A program made the translations under genes and the position numbers. Shown here piece by piece: positions 1-7,608 of a stretch of DNA of 41,815 nt. This DNA is from Candidatus Latescibacterota bacterium (GTDB lineage: Bacteria; Latescibacterota; UBA2968; UBA8231), in contig JBAZUN010000002.1 in NCBI GenBank assembly GCA_041661365.1, forward strand, positions 1 through 41,815, read 5' to 3'. Position 1 is the first letter of the stretch; each line of letters begins with the position of its first letter. The notes below the pieces were generated by a model that ran no database searches, was not told the DNA's origin, and saw only the letters and a program-made list of their open reading frames with translations.

Positions 1-400
1 AGATACGACCGGGACGGGGGGAACCGGGACGGAGCCGGACACCACGGGGACAGGCGGAATTGGGACCGAGCCAGATACGACCGGGACGGGGGGGACCGGG
101 ACGGAGCCGGACACCACGGGGGCGGGTGGAACCGGGACCGAGCCGGACACCACGGGGACAGGGGGAATCGGGACGGAGCCGGACACCACGGGAACGGGCG
201 GAACCGGGACGGAGCCGGACACCACGGGGACGGGCGGAACCGGGATCGAACCGGACACCACGGGGACAGGGGGAATCGGGACGGAGCCGGACACCACCGG
301 GGCGGGCGGTATCGGGACCGAGCCGGACACCACGGGGACAGGCGGGACTGGAGCCGAGCCGGACACCACGGGAACGGGCAGCGGCTCTGGGGAGCCGGAA
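1..400 (+). repeat. 36-nt in-frame tandem repeat, at least 10 copies, running off the 5' window edge
   Basis: The GAGCCGGACACCACGGGG... unit recurs in exact 36-nt phase at 32, 68, 104, 140, 176, 212, 248, 284, 320 and 356, with a degenerate last copy near 392. In frame 2 it encodes TEPDTTGTGG(I/T)G repeats. Confidence 0.9.
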
Positions 401-1222
401 CCATCCGACGGGCAACCGACCGGGGTGATCGCCTTTGTCTCTGACCGGACGGGGGTCGGCGAGATCTTCCGCCTTGACCTGAGCACCGGGGTGGCCGAGA
501 ACCTGACCCAGGATGCCGCGGTGGATTGGACCCCGGCCTGGTCCCCGGACGGCACCGAGATGGCCTTTGCCTCGGATCGCACCGGGAACTTCGAGGTCTA
601 CGTGATGCGGTCGGACGGCAGCCAGCTCAGGCGAGTCACCGACAGCCCGGCCGACGACGGCCTCTTCGGTCTGTGCTGGTCCCCGGACGGTGGCCGCCTG
701 GCCTTTGCCTCGAACCGCGGCGAGGATCTGGAGATCTACTTGGTCAATACCGACGGCTCAGGGGTGGTCAACCTGACGAACAGCCCTGGTACCGATCGAT
801 TCCCGAGCTGGTCACCGGACGGCACCCGGCTGGTCTTCGAGTCGAACCGGGACGAGGACTTCGAGATCTATTCGATCGCGGCGGCCGGCGGCGAGGCAAT
901 GAACCTGAGCAACAACCTGGCCAACGACCGTTTTCCGGTCTGGTCCCCTGACGGCAGCCGGATCGCCTTTGCCACCGACCGCGACGGCGACTTCGAGCTC
1001 TACGCGATGGCGGCAGGCGGCGGGAGCGTGCAGCGGTTGACCGACCATCCGGCGGATGACCGCCGGCCGACCTGGTCTCCCGATGGCCGCTGGGTCGGGT
1101 TCGAGTCGGACCGCGGCGGAGGGGCCGGGATCTTTGCCGTTCACGTGGGTACCCGGACGACGGCCGCCATCCCCACGGGCACCGACACCGATTGGGGCCC
1201 GTGCTGGTCGCCCCAGCGATGA
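2..1222 (+). CDS. PD40/TolB-like beta-propeller repeat protein, 5'-partial, with an N-terminal 12-aa tandem-repeat linker
   Basis: Frame 2 is open from the window edge into track ORF 425..1222. Five PD40-type repeats are visible (WSPDG...FASDRTGNFEVYVM, FASNRGEDLEIYLV, FESNRDEDFEIYSI, FATDRDGDFELYAM, FESDRGG). Confidence 0.85.
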   Translation, partial: DTTGTGGTGTEPDTTGTGGIGTEPDTTGTGGTGTEPDTTGAGGTGTEPDTTGTGGIGTEPDTTGTGGTGTEPDTTGTGGTGIEPDTTGTGGIGTEPDTTGAGGIGTEPDTTGTGGTGAEPDTTGTGSGSGEPEPSDGQPTGVIAFVSDRTGVGEIFRLDLSTGVAENLTQDAAVDWTPAWSPDGTEMAFASDRTGNFEVYVMRSDGSQLRRVTDSPADDGLFGLCWSPDGGRLAFASNRGEDLEIYLVNTDGSGVVNLTNSPGTDRFPSWSPDGTRLVFESNRDEDFEIYSIAAAGGEAMNLSNNLANDRFPVWSPDGSRIAFATDRDGDFELYAMAAGGGSVQRLTDHPADDRRPTWSPDGRWVGFESDRGGGAGIFAVHVGTRTTAAIPTGTDTDWGPCWSPQR

Positions 1223-1239
1223 AGCGATGAGCTGAAGCG

Positions 1240-2025
1240 ATGCGCACATCGGGAAGGCCAAGGCTCACGAGAATCCTGCCCTGGGTGCTGGTCTGCGCCG
1301 TCCTGCTGACGGCGGCTCCCGCGAGGGGTCAGCTCGAGGTCATCGAAAGCGTGGTGCCCAACGGCACGGCCGCCGGCTTGACCGGCTCGACGCGCGTGGT
1401 CCAGGGAGGATCGGTAGCGATCTACAGGATCGGTCTGACCGACGGGATCGGCTTCATGAACGACAACGATCTGGGCCACGATGTCCTTGGGGGTGCCGTG
1501 ACCAACCGGGGCGTCCAGATCCTCATCGCCGATCTGAGTTCGCCCACCGGGCTGTCGCCGGCCGATTTCACCGAGCTGCGCCTGTACCGCAGCGCCGACG
1601 CGGTCTGGGACGGCGCCGACGTGCTGCTGGCCACCAACCCCGTGGTCAACATCGGCGCCGCCACCGAGCTCGACGTGACCGGCTTGCCGTTGGGCGGGAA
1701 TCGCCGGATCGGGGTAAGCCCGGTAAGCACCTTCTTCATCGTCGTGGCGAGTATCGCCCCTACCGCGGTCACCGGCCACGCCTTCACCGTCGGGGCCTTG
1801 GCGAGCCACGTCGGGATATACGAGGACATCTTCGATTCCGGCTTCGGCAACTACCTGCGCGGCTCCGGGATCGTGGCCAGCGACGGGAACAACGTCATCA
1901 TCGGTGCCGAGGAGCCGATCCTCCTGGGCGGAGGAGGTCGCACCATCCCCTTCGGCGGCGAAGGTCCCCTTTTGGTCCTCCTGCTGACCTCCGGGCTGTT
2001 CCTGTTGCGGCGCCGATTGAGCTGA
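1240..2025 (+). CDS. secreted hypothetical protein with a C-terminal motif-TM-RRR sorting-signal-like tail
   Basis: N-terminal signal peptide (RILPWVLVCAVLLTAAPARG). C-terminus is GGGGRTIPFGGEGPLLVLLLTSGLFLLRRRLS. No family recognised. Confidence 0.65.
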   Translation: MRTSGRPRLTRILPWVLVCAVLLTAAPARGQLEVIESVVPNGTAAGLTGSTRVVQGGSVAIYRIGLTDGIGFMNDNDLGHDVLGGAVTNRGVQILIADLSSPTGLSPADFTELRLYRSADAVWDGADVLLATNPVVNIGAATELDVTGLPLGGNRRIGVSPVSTFFIVVASIAPTAVTGHAFTVGALASHVGIYEDIFDSGFGNYLRGSGIVASDGNNVIIGAEEPILLGGGGRTIPFGGEGPLLVLLLTSGLFLLRRRLS

Positions 2026-2133
2026 CCGCTGGGCCTGGACGTACCCTGACCCCTCTTCGTCCAAGGCCTTCCCCCTGCCCGGCTCAAGTCGCGCCCAAGG
2101 CCCGGACCCTGTATCTTCCCTCGCGAACCGGGA

Positions 2134-2382
2134 TCAGCGCTCCGGAACCGCGCGGCTGACCCGGATCGCCAGTTCGGTCAGGTGTTCGAGCTCGGCCGCG
2201 TCGAGCTGGCCCATGGCGTGGGCCCGGTTGGCCTGCGCCACCCAGGCCTCCAGTTCGGTCCACGACAGGGCGTAGCGGATCCCCTCGTGGAGGTCGTCGA
2301 AGCAGTCCCAGGCCGAGTCTTCGGGGAGGACGGCAACGCTGGCGGTCCTGCCCGGGGCGGGCCGGTCGAGTTGGGCGTTCAC
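2134..2382 (-). CDS. small hypothetical protein (82 aa)
   Basis: GTG start preceded by GAGGAGG at 5-nt spacing. Natural-looking composition (LPEDSAWDCFDDLHEGIRYALSWTELEAW). No family recognised. Confidence 0.5.
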   Translation of the reverse strand: MNAQLDRPAPGRTASVAVLPEDSAWDCFDDLHEGIRYALSWTELEAWVAQANRAHAMGQLDAAELEHLTELAIRVSRAVPER

Positions 2383-2668
2383 GGTGACCTCCTCGCGTGG
2401 GCCAGGCGGTCTGCCTGAGCCCTTTGCACAGGAGCAAGCAATTCGCGGGCCGGATCCACCACCAGCGGCCATAGGCCAAATCATCTACTTGAGAAGGAAT
2501 GAGTTAGGAGAACTCCCCGCGGACCGCCGAGGGCGTCGCTACGTTGGGATACCGTGGTCATTTCGCCACGTCGGGCGCGATTCTGAACCCGATTTGGAAC
2601 CAGGGGTGACCGGCCGTGACGCCGGCAGCTCCACGCGAAGCGAGATAAGCTGAGGAGGATGAACCGAG

Positions 2669-3955
2669 ATGGACGCCGAGGAACGAGACCTGCTGAAGCG
2701 GGTGGAGTCGCTGCAGGACCGGTTGGTGGCCTGGACCCGCGAGCTGGTGGCCATTCCCACGGTGAACCCGTACTCGGGGGACGATTCCGCCGGCACCGAG
2801 AGGCCGGGACAGGACTGGATCGAGGCGCGGCTGCGGGCCATGGGGGCGCAGGTGCGGCGTCTCCCGGTGCCCCCGGACGTGTATGCCCGGGGCGGCATCA
2901 TCGGTCCCGCGAATCGCCGTTGGGAGGGCCGCGAGAACGTGGTCGGGGAATGGGTGCTGGGTTCGGGCGACGGCCCGTGTCTGCTGCTGAACGACCACAT
3001 GGACACCGTGGGCACGGCGGGGATGCGGTTCGATCCCTTTGACCCGGTCATCGAGGACGGGTGCCTCTTCGGCCGCGGCTCCTCGGACAGCAAGGGGAAC
3101 CTGGCCATGGGGCTGACCGCGCTGCAGGCCCTGCTGGCCGAGCCTCGGGGCCTGCACGGCCGGGTGATCTTCGAATCCGTGGTCGACGAGGAGTGCAACG
3201 GCGCCGGCGCCGGCACCCTGGCCTGCTGCCTGGCCGGGATCACGGGAGACTTCGCCCTCTGCCTGGACGGCACCCACGGTCAGGTGGACATCGGCTGCAA
3301 CGGGGTGGTCACGGCCCGCGTGCTGGTCGAAGGCCGGGCCGCTCACGGCTCGGGTCAGGGGGCGGTCAGCGCCCTGGACAAGGGGATCGTGGTCAAGGCC
3401 GCGGTGGACGCCTTTGCCCGCGAGCACGCCGAGATCTTCCCCGACTGCCGGGTGAACATCGGGGTCTTCCGGGCCGGCACCCTGCCGGCCATCGTGCCGG
3501 GCCAGGCCGAGCTCCAGATCAACCTCAACTACGACATCCAGGACGCCGATCAGGCCGAGCAGCAGGAGGGGGTCTGGGATGGCCGCTTCTTCCGGGCCCG
3601 CTTCGAGCGGGCCATGGCGGAGCTGGAGGCCCGGGACGAGTGGTTCGCCCGCCATCCGGTGGCGGTGAGCTGGATCAAGGACATCTATCCGTTCTGGTGC
3701 GATCCCACCGAGCCGCGGATCGAGGTGGTGCTGCAGGCCGCGGCCGAGGTGCACGGCGGCCCGGTGGAAGCCAAGCTGATGCCGGCCTGGATCGACGCCG
3801 CCCACCTGGCCCGGCAACTTCGGGTGCCGGCCGTGGCCCTGGGTGCGGGCACGGCCGGCACCGCCCACGGCGCCGGGGAGTATGTCGTTCTCGCCGACCT
3901 GTACTCCGGGGCCCGGACCCTGGCGCTGGCGCTCCACCGCCTGTTGCGCGCCTGA
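2669..3955 (+). CDS. M20 family metallopeptidase (ArgE/DapE/acetylornithine deacetylase-like)
   Basis: LLLNDHMDTV and GRGSSDSKGN motifs typical of M20. GAGGAGG lies 10 nt upstream of the ATG. Confidence 0.85.
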   Translation: MDAEERDLLKRVESLQDRLVAWTRELVAIPTVNPYSGDDSAGTERPGQDWIEARLRAMGAQVRRLPVPPDVYARGGIIGPANRRWEGRENVVGEWVLGSGDGPCLLLNDHMDTVGTAGMRFDPFDPVIEDGCLFGRGSSDSKGNLAMGLTALQALLAEPRGLHGRVIFESVVDEECNGAGAGTLACCLAGITGDFALCLDGTHGQVDIGCNGVVTARVLVEGRAAHGSGQGAVSALDKGIVVKAAVDAFAREHAEIFPDCRVNIGVFRAGTLPAIVPGQAELQINLNYDIQDADQAEQQEGVWDGRFFRARFERAMAELEARDEWFARHPVAVSWIKDIYPFWCDPTEPRIEVVLQAAAEVHGGPVEAKLMPAWIDAAHLARQLRVPAVALGAGTAGTAHGAGEYVVLADLYSGARTLALALHRLLRA

Positions 3956-4065
3956 CCGGCCTCATCCCCGCCCCGGCCTTGAGGTTGCGCCTCGGTCCGG
4001 CGCCGGTAGGTTCTCGGCGGCCCGGCGCGGCCATCCTGCCGCGACCCTCCTTGAGGAGCGCCCTG

Positions 4066-4866
4066 ATGCTGACCCCGGCCCAGACCGCTTTCTATCACGA
4101 GCACGGATACCTGTACCTCCCTGGCGTCTTCACTTCGGCCGAAACCGACCAGCTCGAGGTCGACCTCGAACGGCTGGTCCAGGATTGGTCCACCACCGAT
4201 CAGGGCTGGACCGGTCCCTGGCGCCGGGCCTACATGGACGACCGCACCGAGCGCGCCTCGAAGCTGACGGCCATGCACGACCTGCACTTCTACTCCGCGC
4301 CGTGGTGCCGGGCCGTGACCCATCCCCGCTTGGTGGAAGCCGTGGCCGACCTGCTGGGAGACAACGTAGAGCTGCACCACTCCACCATGCACCTCAAGCC
4401 GCCCGAGACCGGTCATCCCTTCCCCATGCACCAGGACTGGGCTTTCTACCCGCACGAGGACCATCGGTACGTCGACGTGCTGGTCCACCTGGACGACACC
4501 TGCCACGAGAACGGCGAGATCCGCTTCCTGGACCGGTCCCACCGCCTGGGCGCGCTGGAGCACGTCACGCGCACCGAGGCCGGGCCCTGCACGCCTCATC
4601 TGCCGACGGACCGATACCGGCTCGAGGACACCGTGGCCGTGCCGGCCCGCCGGGGCGACGTGGTCTGCTTCTGCATCCACACGATCCACGGATCGCATCT
4701 CAACCGTACGGACCGGGCGCGACGGCTGGTGCGCGTGGGGTACCGCGATCCGGCCAACCGCCAGACCGGTGGTCAAAGCCATGGTCGCCCGGGGTTGCTG
4801 GTGCGGGGGTACCGAACGCGGGACGACGGGCAGCGGGCCTTCAGCACGGCGGGTCCGGCAACCTGA
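4066..4866 (+). CDS. phytanoyl-CoA dioxygenase (PhyH) family Fe(II)/2-oxoglutarate oxygenase
   Basis: FYHEHGYLYLPGVF N-terminus; HQDWAFYP (HxD) and HGSHLNRT motifs. ATG at 4066 follows a GAGGAG. The upstream part of track ORF 3061..4866 overlaps the M20 gene off-frame. Confidence 0.85.
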   Translation: MLTPAQTAFYHEHGYLYLPGVFTSAETDQLEVDLERLVQDWSTTDQGWTGPWRRAYMDDRTERASKLTAMHDLHFYSAPWCRAVTHPRLVEAVADLLGDNVELHHSTMHLKPPETGHPFPMHQDWAFYPHEDHRYVDVLVHLDDTCHENGEIRFLDRSHRLGALEHVTRTEAGPCTPHLPTDRYRLEDTVAVPARRGDVVCFCIHTIHGSHLNRTDRARRLVRVGYRDPANRQTGGQSHGRPGLLVRGYRTRDDGQRAFSTAGPAT

Positions 4867-4924
4867 GGACGCGGGTCGATCGATCCTTCCTGGTGGCCGG
4901 GGGGCTGCGCCCGGTTTGCCGGAG

Positions 4925-4936
4925 CGTCGTATATTG
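4925..4936 (+). promoter_or_regulatory. CGTCGTATATTG box (candidate -10 or regulator site) 44 nt upstream of the GGDEF gene
   Basis: AT-rich 12-mer identical to 8793..8804. It contains TATATT in a GC-rich background. Confidence 0.35.
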
Positions 4937-4979
4937 CTGGGTCCCGGTGTGGCGTTGACCCCCCCCAGGAGCGGCGGCG

Positions 4980-6020
4980 ATGGAACCTCAGCAGCAGTCC
5001 GAAAAAAACCTGCCCGAGGCCGAAAAACTGCAGGAGTACCTCAAGAAGACCATGATCGAGGGGTCCTTCAGGGCCCTGCTGCTGTTCAACCTTGACGGGT
5101 TTCGGCAGTACAACCTGCGTCACGGCCTCGAAGCGGGGGAGCAGCTGCTGGAACTGGTCGAGGAGTACCTCGCCGGATGTGGCAGGGTCGGCTACCACAC
5201 CTCGAGCGACGACTTCGGCCTGGTCGTGGAGCAAGCGCAGGAGGCGTTCGACGATCAGGAGTTCCGCGACGGGCTGGCCCGATTCGTCGTCGAGCGGGGT
5301 GGCCAGCCGGTCACCGTGTCCGGCGGCGGGATCTGGCACCCCGGGGAGGGGTTCAACCTCGACCCGAGGCTGGATACGGTGGTGCTGTCTACCGCCCGCC
5401 AACTCCTGGCCCGGGCCAAGGAGCAGGGCCGGAACCGCGTGCTGTGGCTCCCCCCTGCCAGCGCCGCGTCCCCCGAACTGCTCGACCTGGTGGCGCGATT
5501 CTACGAGGAGCTGGCCCGGGCTATTTCCTCCCAGGTTCGGGAGCTGGAGGTGGAATCCCGGATCGACTTCCTCACCGGACTGGCCAACCGACGCGGCTTC
5601 GAGGACGTGGCCGGCCGCATGACCGAGGCGGCGCAGCGCAGCAGCCTGCCCCTGTCCCTGATCTATCTCGATTCCGACTCCCTCAAGCGGATCAACGACA
5701 CCCGTGGCCACGATGCCGGGGACCGGTTCCTGACCGACATCGCGCGGGTTCTCCGCCAGGTCGTCCGCGGCTCGGACTTCATCTCGCGCTGGGGCGCCGA
5801 CGAGTTCGCCGTGCTGATGGACTCGGCCACCCCGGAGAAGGCCCTGGCCCTGGCCAACCGTATCCTGCACGCGGTGGCCACCCGCACCGAGGGGACGGTC
5901 TCCATCGGGGTCTACTGCGGCGTGCCCGCCACCCCGGAGGAGGCCGTGCTGCAGGCCGACCGGGCCCTGTACCGGGCCAAGGAGCTGGGCAAGAACCGGG
6001 TGGAGGCATGCCAGCCCTGA
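4980..6020 (+). CDS. tandem GGDEF-domain protein: degenerate N-terminal domain (SSDDF) plus C-terminal domain (GADEF, with RxxD I-site)
   Basis: C-terminal domain: FLTGLANRRGF, LDSDSLKRINDTRGHDAGD, RGSDFISRWGADEF, ADRALYRAKELGKNRV. N-terminal domain: LFNLDGFRQYNLRHGLEAGEQLL, SSDDFGLVV, ARQLLARAKEQGRNRV. Confidence 0.85.
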   Translation: MEPQQQSEKNLPEAEKLQEYLKKTMIEGSFRALLLFNLDGFRQYNLRHGLEAGEQLLELVEEYLAGCGRVGYHTSSDDFGLVVEQAQEAFDDQEFRDGLARFVVERGGQPVTVSGGGIWHPGEGFNLDPRLDTVVLSTARQLLARAKEQGRNRVLWLPPASAASPELLDLVARFYEELARAISSQVRELEVESRIDFLTGLANRRGFEDVAGRMTEAAQRSSLPLSLIYLDSDSLKRINDTRGHDAGDRFLTDIARVLRQVVRGSDFISRWGADEFAVLMDSATPEKALALANRILHAVATRTEGTVSIGVYCGVPATPEEAVLQADRALYRAKELGKNRVEACQP

Positions 6021-6484
6021 GCCGGTCGGCGTTCCGGGCCGGCCTACTGCTGGCCGCCTTCCTGTGCGGCTGCGGCTCCCCGGACGGCGAGGCGGCCGTG
6101 GCCGTGCGCCAGGCCTGGATCCGGGCCGTTCCCTCGCCGACGCAGCCCACGGCAGCCTACCTGGTCATCGAGAATCGCGCCCCCGCGGCGGTGGTGCTGC
6201 GCGCGGTCGAGACCCCGCTGGCCCGCCGGGTCGAGCTGCACGAGTCGGTGCAGGACGGCGAGTACCTGCGGATGCGGCGCCTGGACGGAATCGAGGTTCC
6301 GGCCCGAGGCACGGTGGAGCTCCGCCCGGGCGGGCTGCACCTGATGCTGCTCGAGTTGACCCAGGTTCCCCGGGCCGGCGAGACCGTGGCCCTGCGCCTC
6401 TTCTTCGAGGGGAGCGCGGCCCCGGCCGGCGCGGTCGCGGTGCAGGCCGAGGTCCGCGGGCTGACCTCGCCGGCCAGGCCCTGA
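6008..6484 (+). CDS. PCu(A)C (DUF461) periplasmic copper chaperone, lipoprotein-like
   Basis: Signal and lipobox-like LLLAAFLCGC. Exact H-X10-M-X21-H-X-M spacing (H ESVQDGEYLR M ...21 residues... HLM). The ATG at 6008 overlaps the GGDEF stop by 13 nt. Confidence 0.85.
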   Translation: MPALSRSAFRAGLLLAAFLCGCGSPDGEAAVAVRQAWIRAVPSPTQPTAAYLVIENRAPAAVVLRAVETPLARRVELHESVQDGEYLRMRRLDGIEVPARGTVELRPGGLHLMLLELTQVPRAGETVALRLFFEGSAAPAGAVAVQAEVRGLTSPARP

Positions 6485-6500
6485 TCACCAGGTGGGGGAG

Positions 6501-7109
6501 ATGCCGCGGCGGGCCATGCTCTGGTCGGTGCTCCTGGGGCTGCTCGCCTCGGCCTGCGGTGAGGAGGCGAGGAACGGCGCGGCCCAACACGCCGAGATGA
6601 CGCTGGCCGATTTCGGCTCCCTGGGCGGCGACTTCGCCCTGCAGGACCACCAGGGTCGGCCGTTCGCGCTGAGCCAGGCGCGGGGCCGGGTCGTGCTCCT
6701 CTTCTTCGGGTATACCCACTGCCCCGACTTCTGTCCCCTGGCCCTGTCCCGGGTGGCCCGGGCCCTGGAGCTGGTCGGCCCGGCTCGGGAGCGCGTGCTG
6801 GTCGTCCTGGTGAGCGTCGATCCGGGCCGCGATGATCCAGCCCGGCTGAGCCAGTACCTGTCCGGGTTCGGGCTGTCGGCGATCGGCCTGACCGGCACCG
6901 AGAGCGAGGTGGCGGCGGTGGCCCGGCAGTACGGGGCCACCTACGAGCGGCAGCCGGCCACGTCCGAGGGCGGGTACGCCGTGGACCACTCGACCTATCT
7001 CTACCTGATCGACCCGGCCGGGCGACTGCGCTACCTCTTCGGGCACCAGGAGCCGCCCGAACGACTCGCCGCCGGGATTCAGGCCGTCCTGGTCGCGGCC
7101 GGACCGTGA
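6501..7109 (+). CDS. SCO1/SenC family copper chaperone / thiol-disulfide oxidoreductase
   Basis: FFGYTHCPDFCP (CxxxC) and a downstream DHS motif, thioredoxin-like fold pattern, signal peptide. An alternative GTG start exists at 6492. Confidence 0.85.
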   Translation: MPRRAMLWSVLLGLLASACGEEARNGAAQHAEMTLADFGSLGGDFALQDHQGRPFALSQARGRVVLLFFGYTHCPDFCPLALSRVARALELVGPARERVLVVLVSVDPGRDDPARLSQYLSGFGLSAIGLTGTESEVAAVARQYGATYERQPATSEGGYAVDHSTYLYLIDPAGRLRYLFGHQEPPERLAAGIQAVLVAAGP

Positions 7110-7116
7110 GGCGGGG

Positions 7117-7506
7117 TCAGCCTTCGCCCTGGTGAGGCGTGGCGCGATGCAGCCGACAGATCGGCGAGGAGGCCGGAACAAAGGCGCGGCAGATCCGCGG
7201 CCGGGTGGGGTAGATGGTGCAGGTGGCGGTCGAACCCTCGACGACGAGGAAGGTGCAGGGGCCCAGGTCAAGGCCCTGACGGGCCGAGACCAGCCGGTCG
7301 CCGGCCCACACCGGCTGGGAGCGGGCCAGGGCCTCGAGGATCTCCGCGCGGTCCTCGGCGGCCCAGCGATCGAGGTCGGCCGGTTCTACGTAGGCGCTGA
7401 AGTCGACCTGGCAGCAACTGCCACACCGTTGACAGGCAGGTGGACCGGCCGTGCCCGCGTTGCCGCAACCGCGGCTGGTCGATCGGTGGTCAGCAGAGGC
7501 CGCCAT
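7117..7506 (-). CDS. YkgJ family cysteine-cluster protein
   Basis: CQRCGSCC (CxxCxxCC) plus distal Cys residues (CTIYPTRPRICRAF). Start taken at the internal ATG at 7506. Confidence 0.7.
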   Translation of the reverse strand: MAASADHRSTSRGCGNAGTAGPPACQRCGSCCQVDFSAYVEPADLDRWAAEDRAEILEALARSQPVWAGDRLVSARQGLDLGPCTFLVVEGSTATCTIYPTRPRICRAFVPASSPICRLHRATPHQGEG

Positions 7507-7608
7507 GAGGCGTCTTTCAGGGGTGGCGCAGCACGACAAGAACCTAACATGCGAGAGGGTGCCTGGCACGCTCCGCGTCTGCCCGGCAACCCGAAGGAGG
7601 AGATACCC

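Noticed and set aside
1-400. Possible CRISPR array, because of regularly spaced 36-nt repeats
   Set aside because: The repeats are directly adjacent with no spacers. They keep an open reading frame that continues into a PD40 domain, so this is a coding tandem repeat.
60-428. Track ORF encoding an R/P/G-rich 122-aa protein
   Set aside because: It is the wrong frame of the tandem repeat. Frame 2 gives a T/G/P/D/E linker that joins seamlessly to the PD40 protein.
2479-2668. Possible riboswitch or leader in the 190-nt divergent intergenic region upstream of the M20 peptidase
   Set aside because: I could not identify any conserved riboswitch core or convincing stem architecture. It is most simply a divergent promoter region.
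2558-3937. 459-aa minus-strand ORF opposite the M20 peptidase, and similar long antisense or off-frame ORFs (1141..2064, 3685..4782, 4773..5870, 6165..7271, 7615..8682, 8842..10209, 10372..11697, 13009..14757, 16330..17784, 18611..19966, 23292..26069, 26620..28494, 29399..31060, 33964..36216, 40058..41767)
   Set aside because: All are R/P/G/A/H-rich low-complexity translations lying exactly over genes with clear family motifs. This is the typical stop-codon depletion of GC-rich DNA.
3061-4065. Long N-terminal extension of the PhyH ORF. Analogous extensions: 5177..6007 before PCuAC, 7132..7608 before URO-D, 13018..13062 before cydC, 31951..33372 beyond 32925, 29744..31561 beyond 30853, 37422..37760
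   Set aside because: The extensions are R/P/G-rich and overlap the preceding real gene off-frame. Internal starts have good RBSs or 4-nt stop/start overlaps.
4867-4920. Terminator after the PhyH gene (GGCCGGG...CCCGGTT)
   Set aside because: The stem is only 5 Watson-Crick pairs plus G-U wobbles, with a poor T-tract. That is too weak to call.
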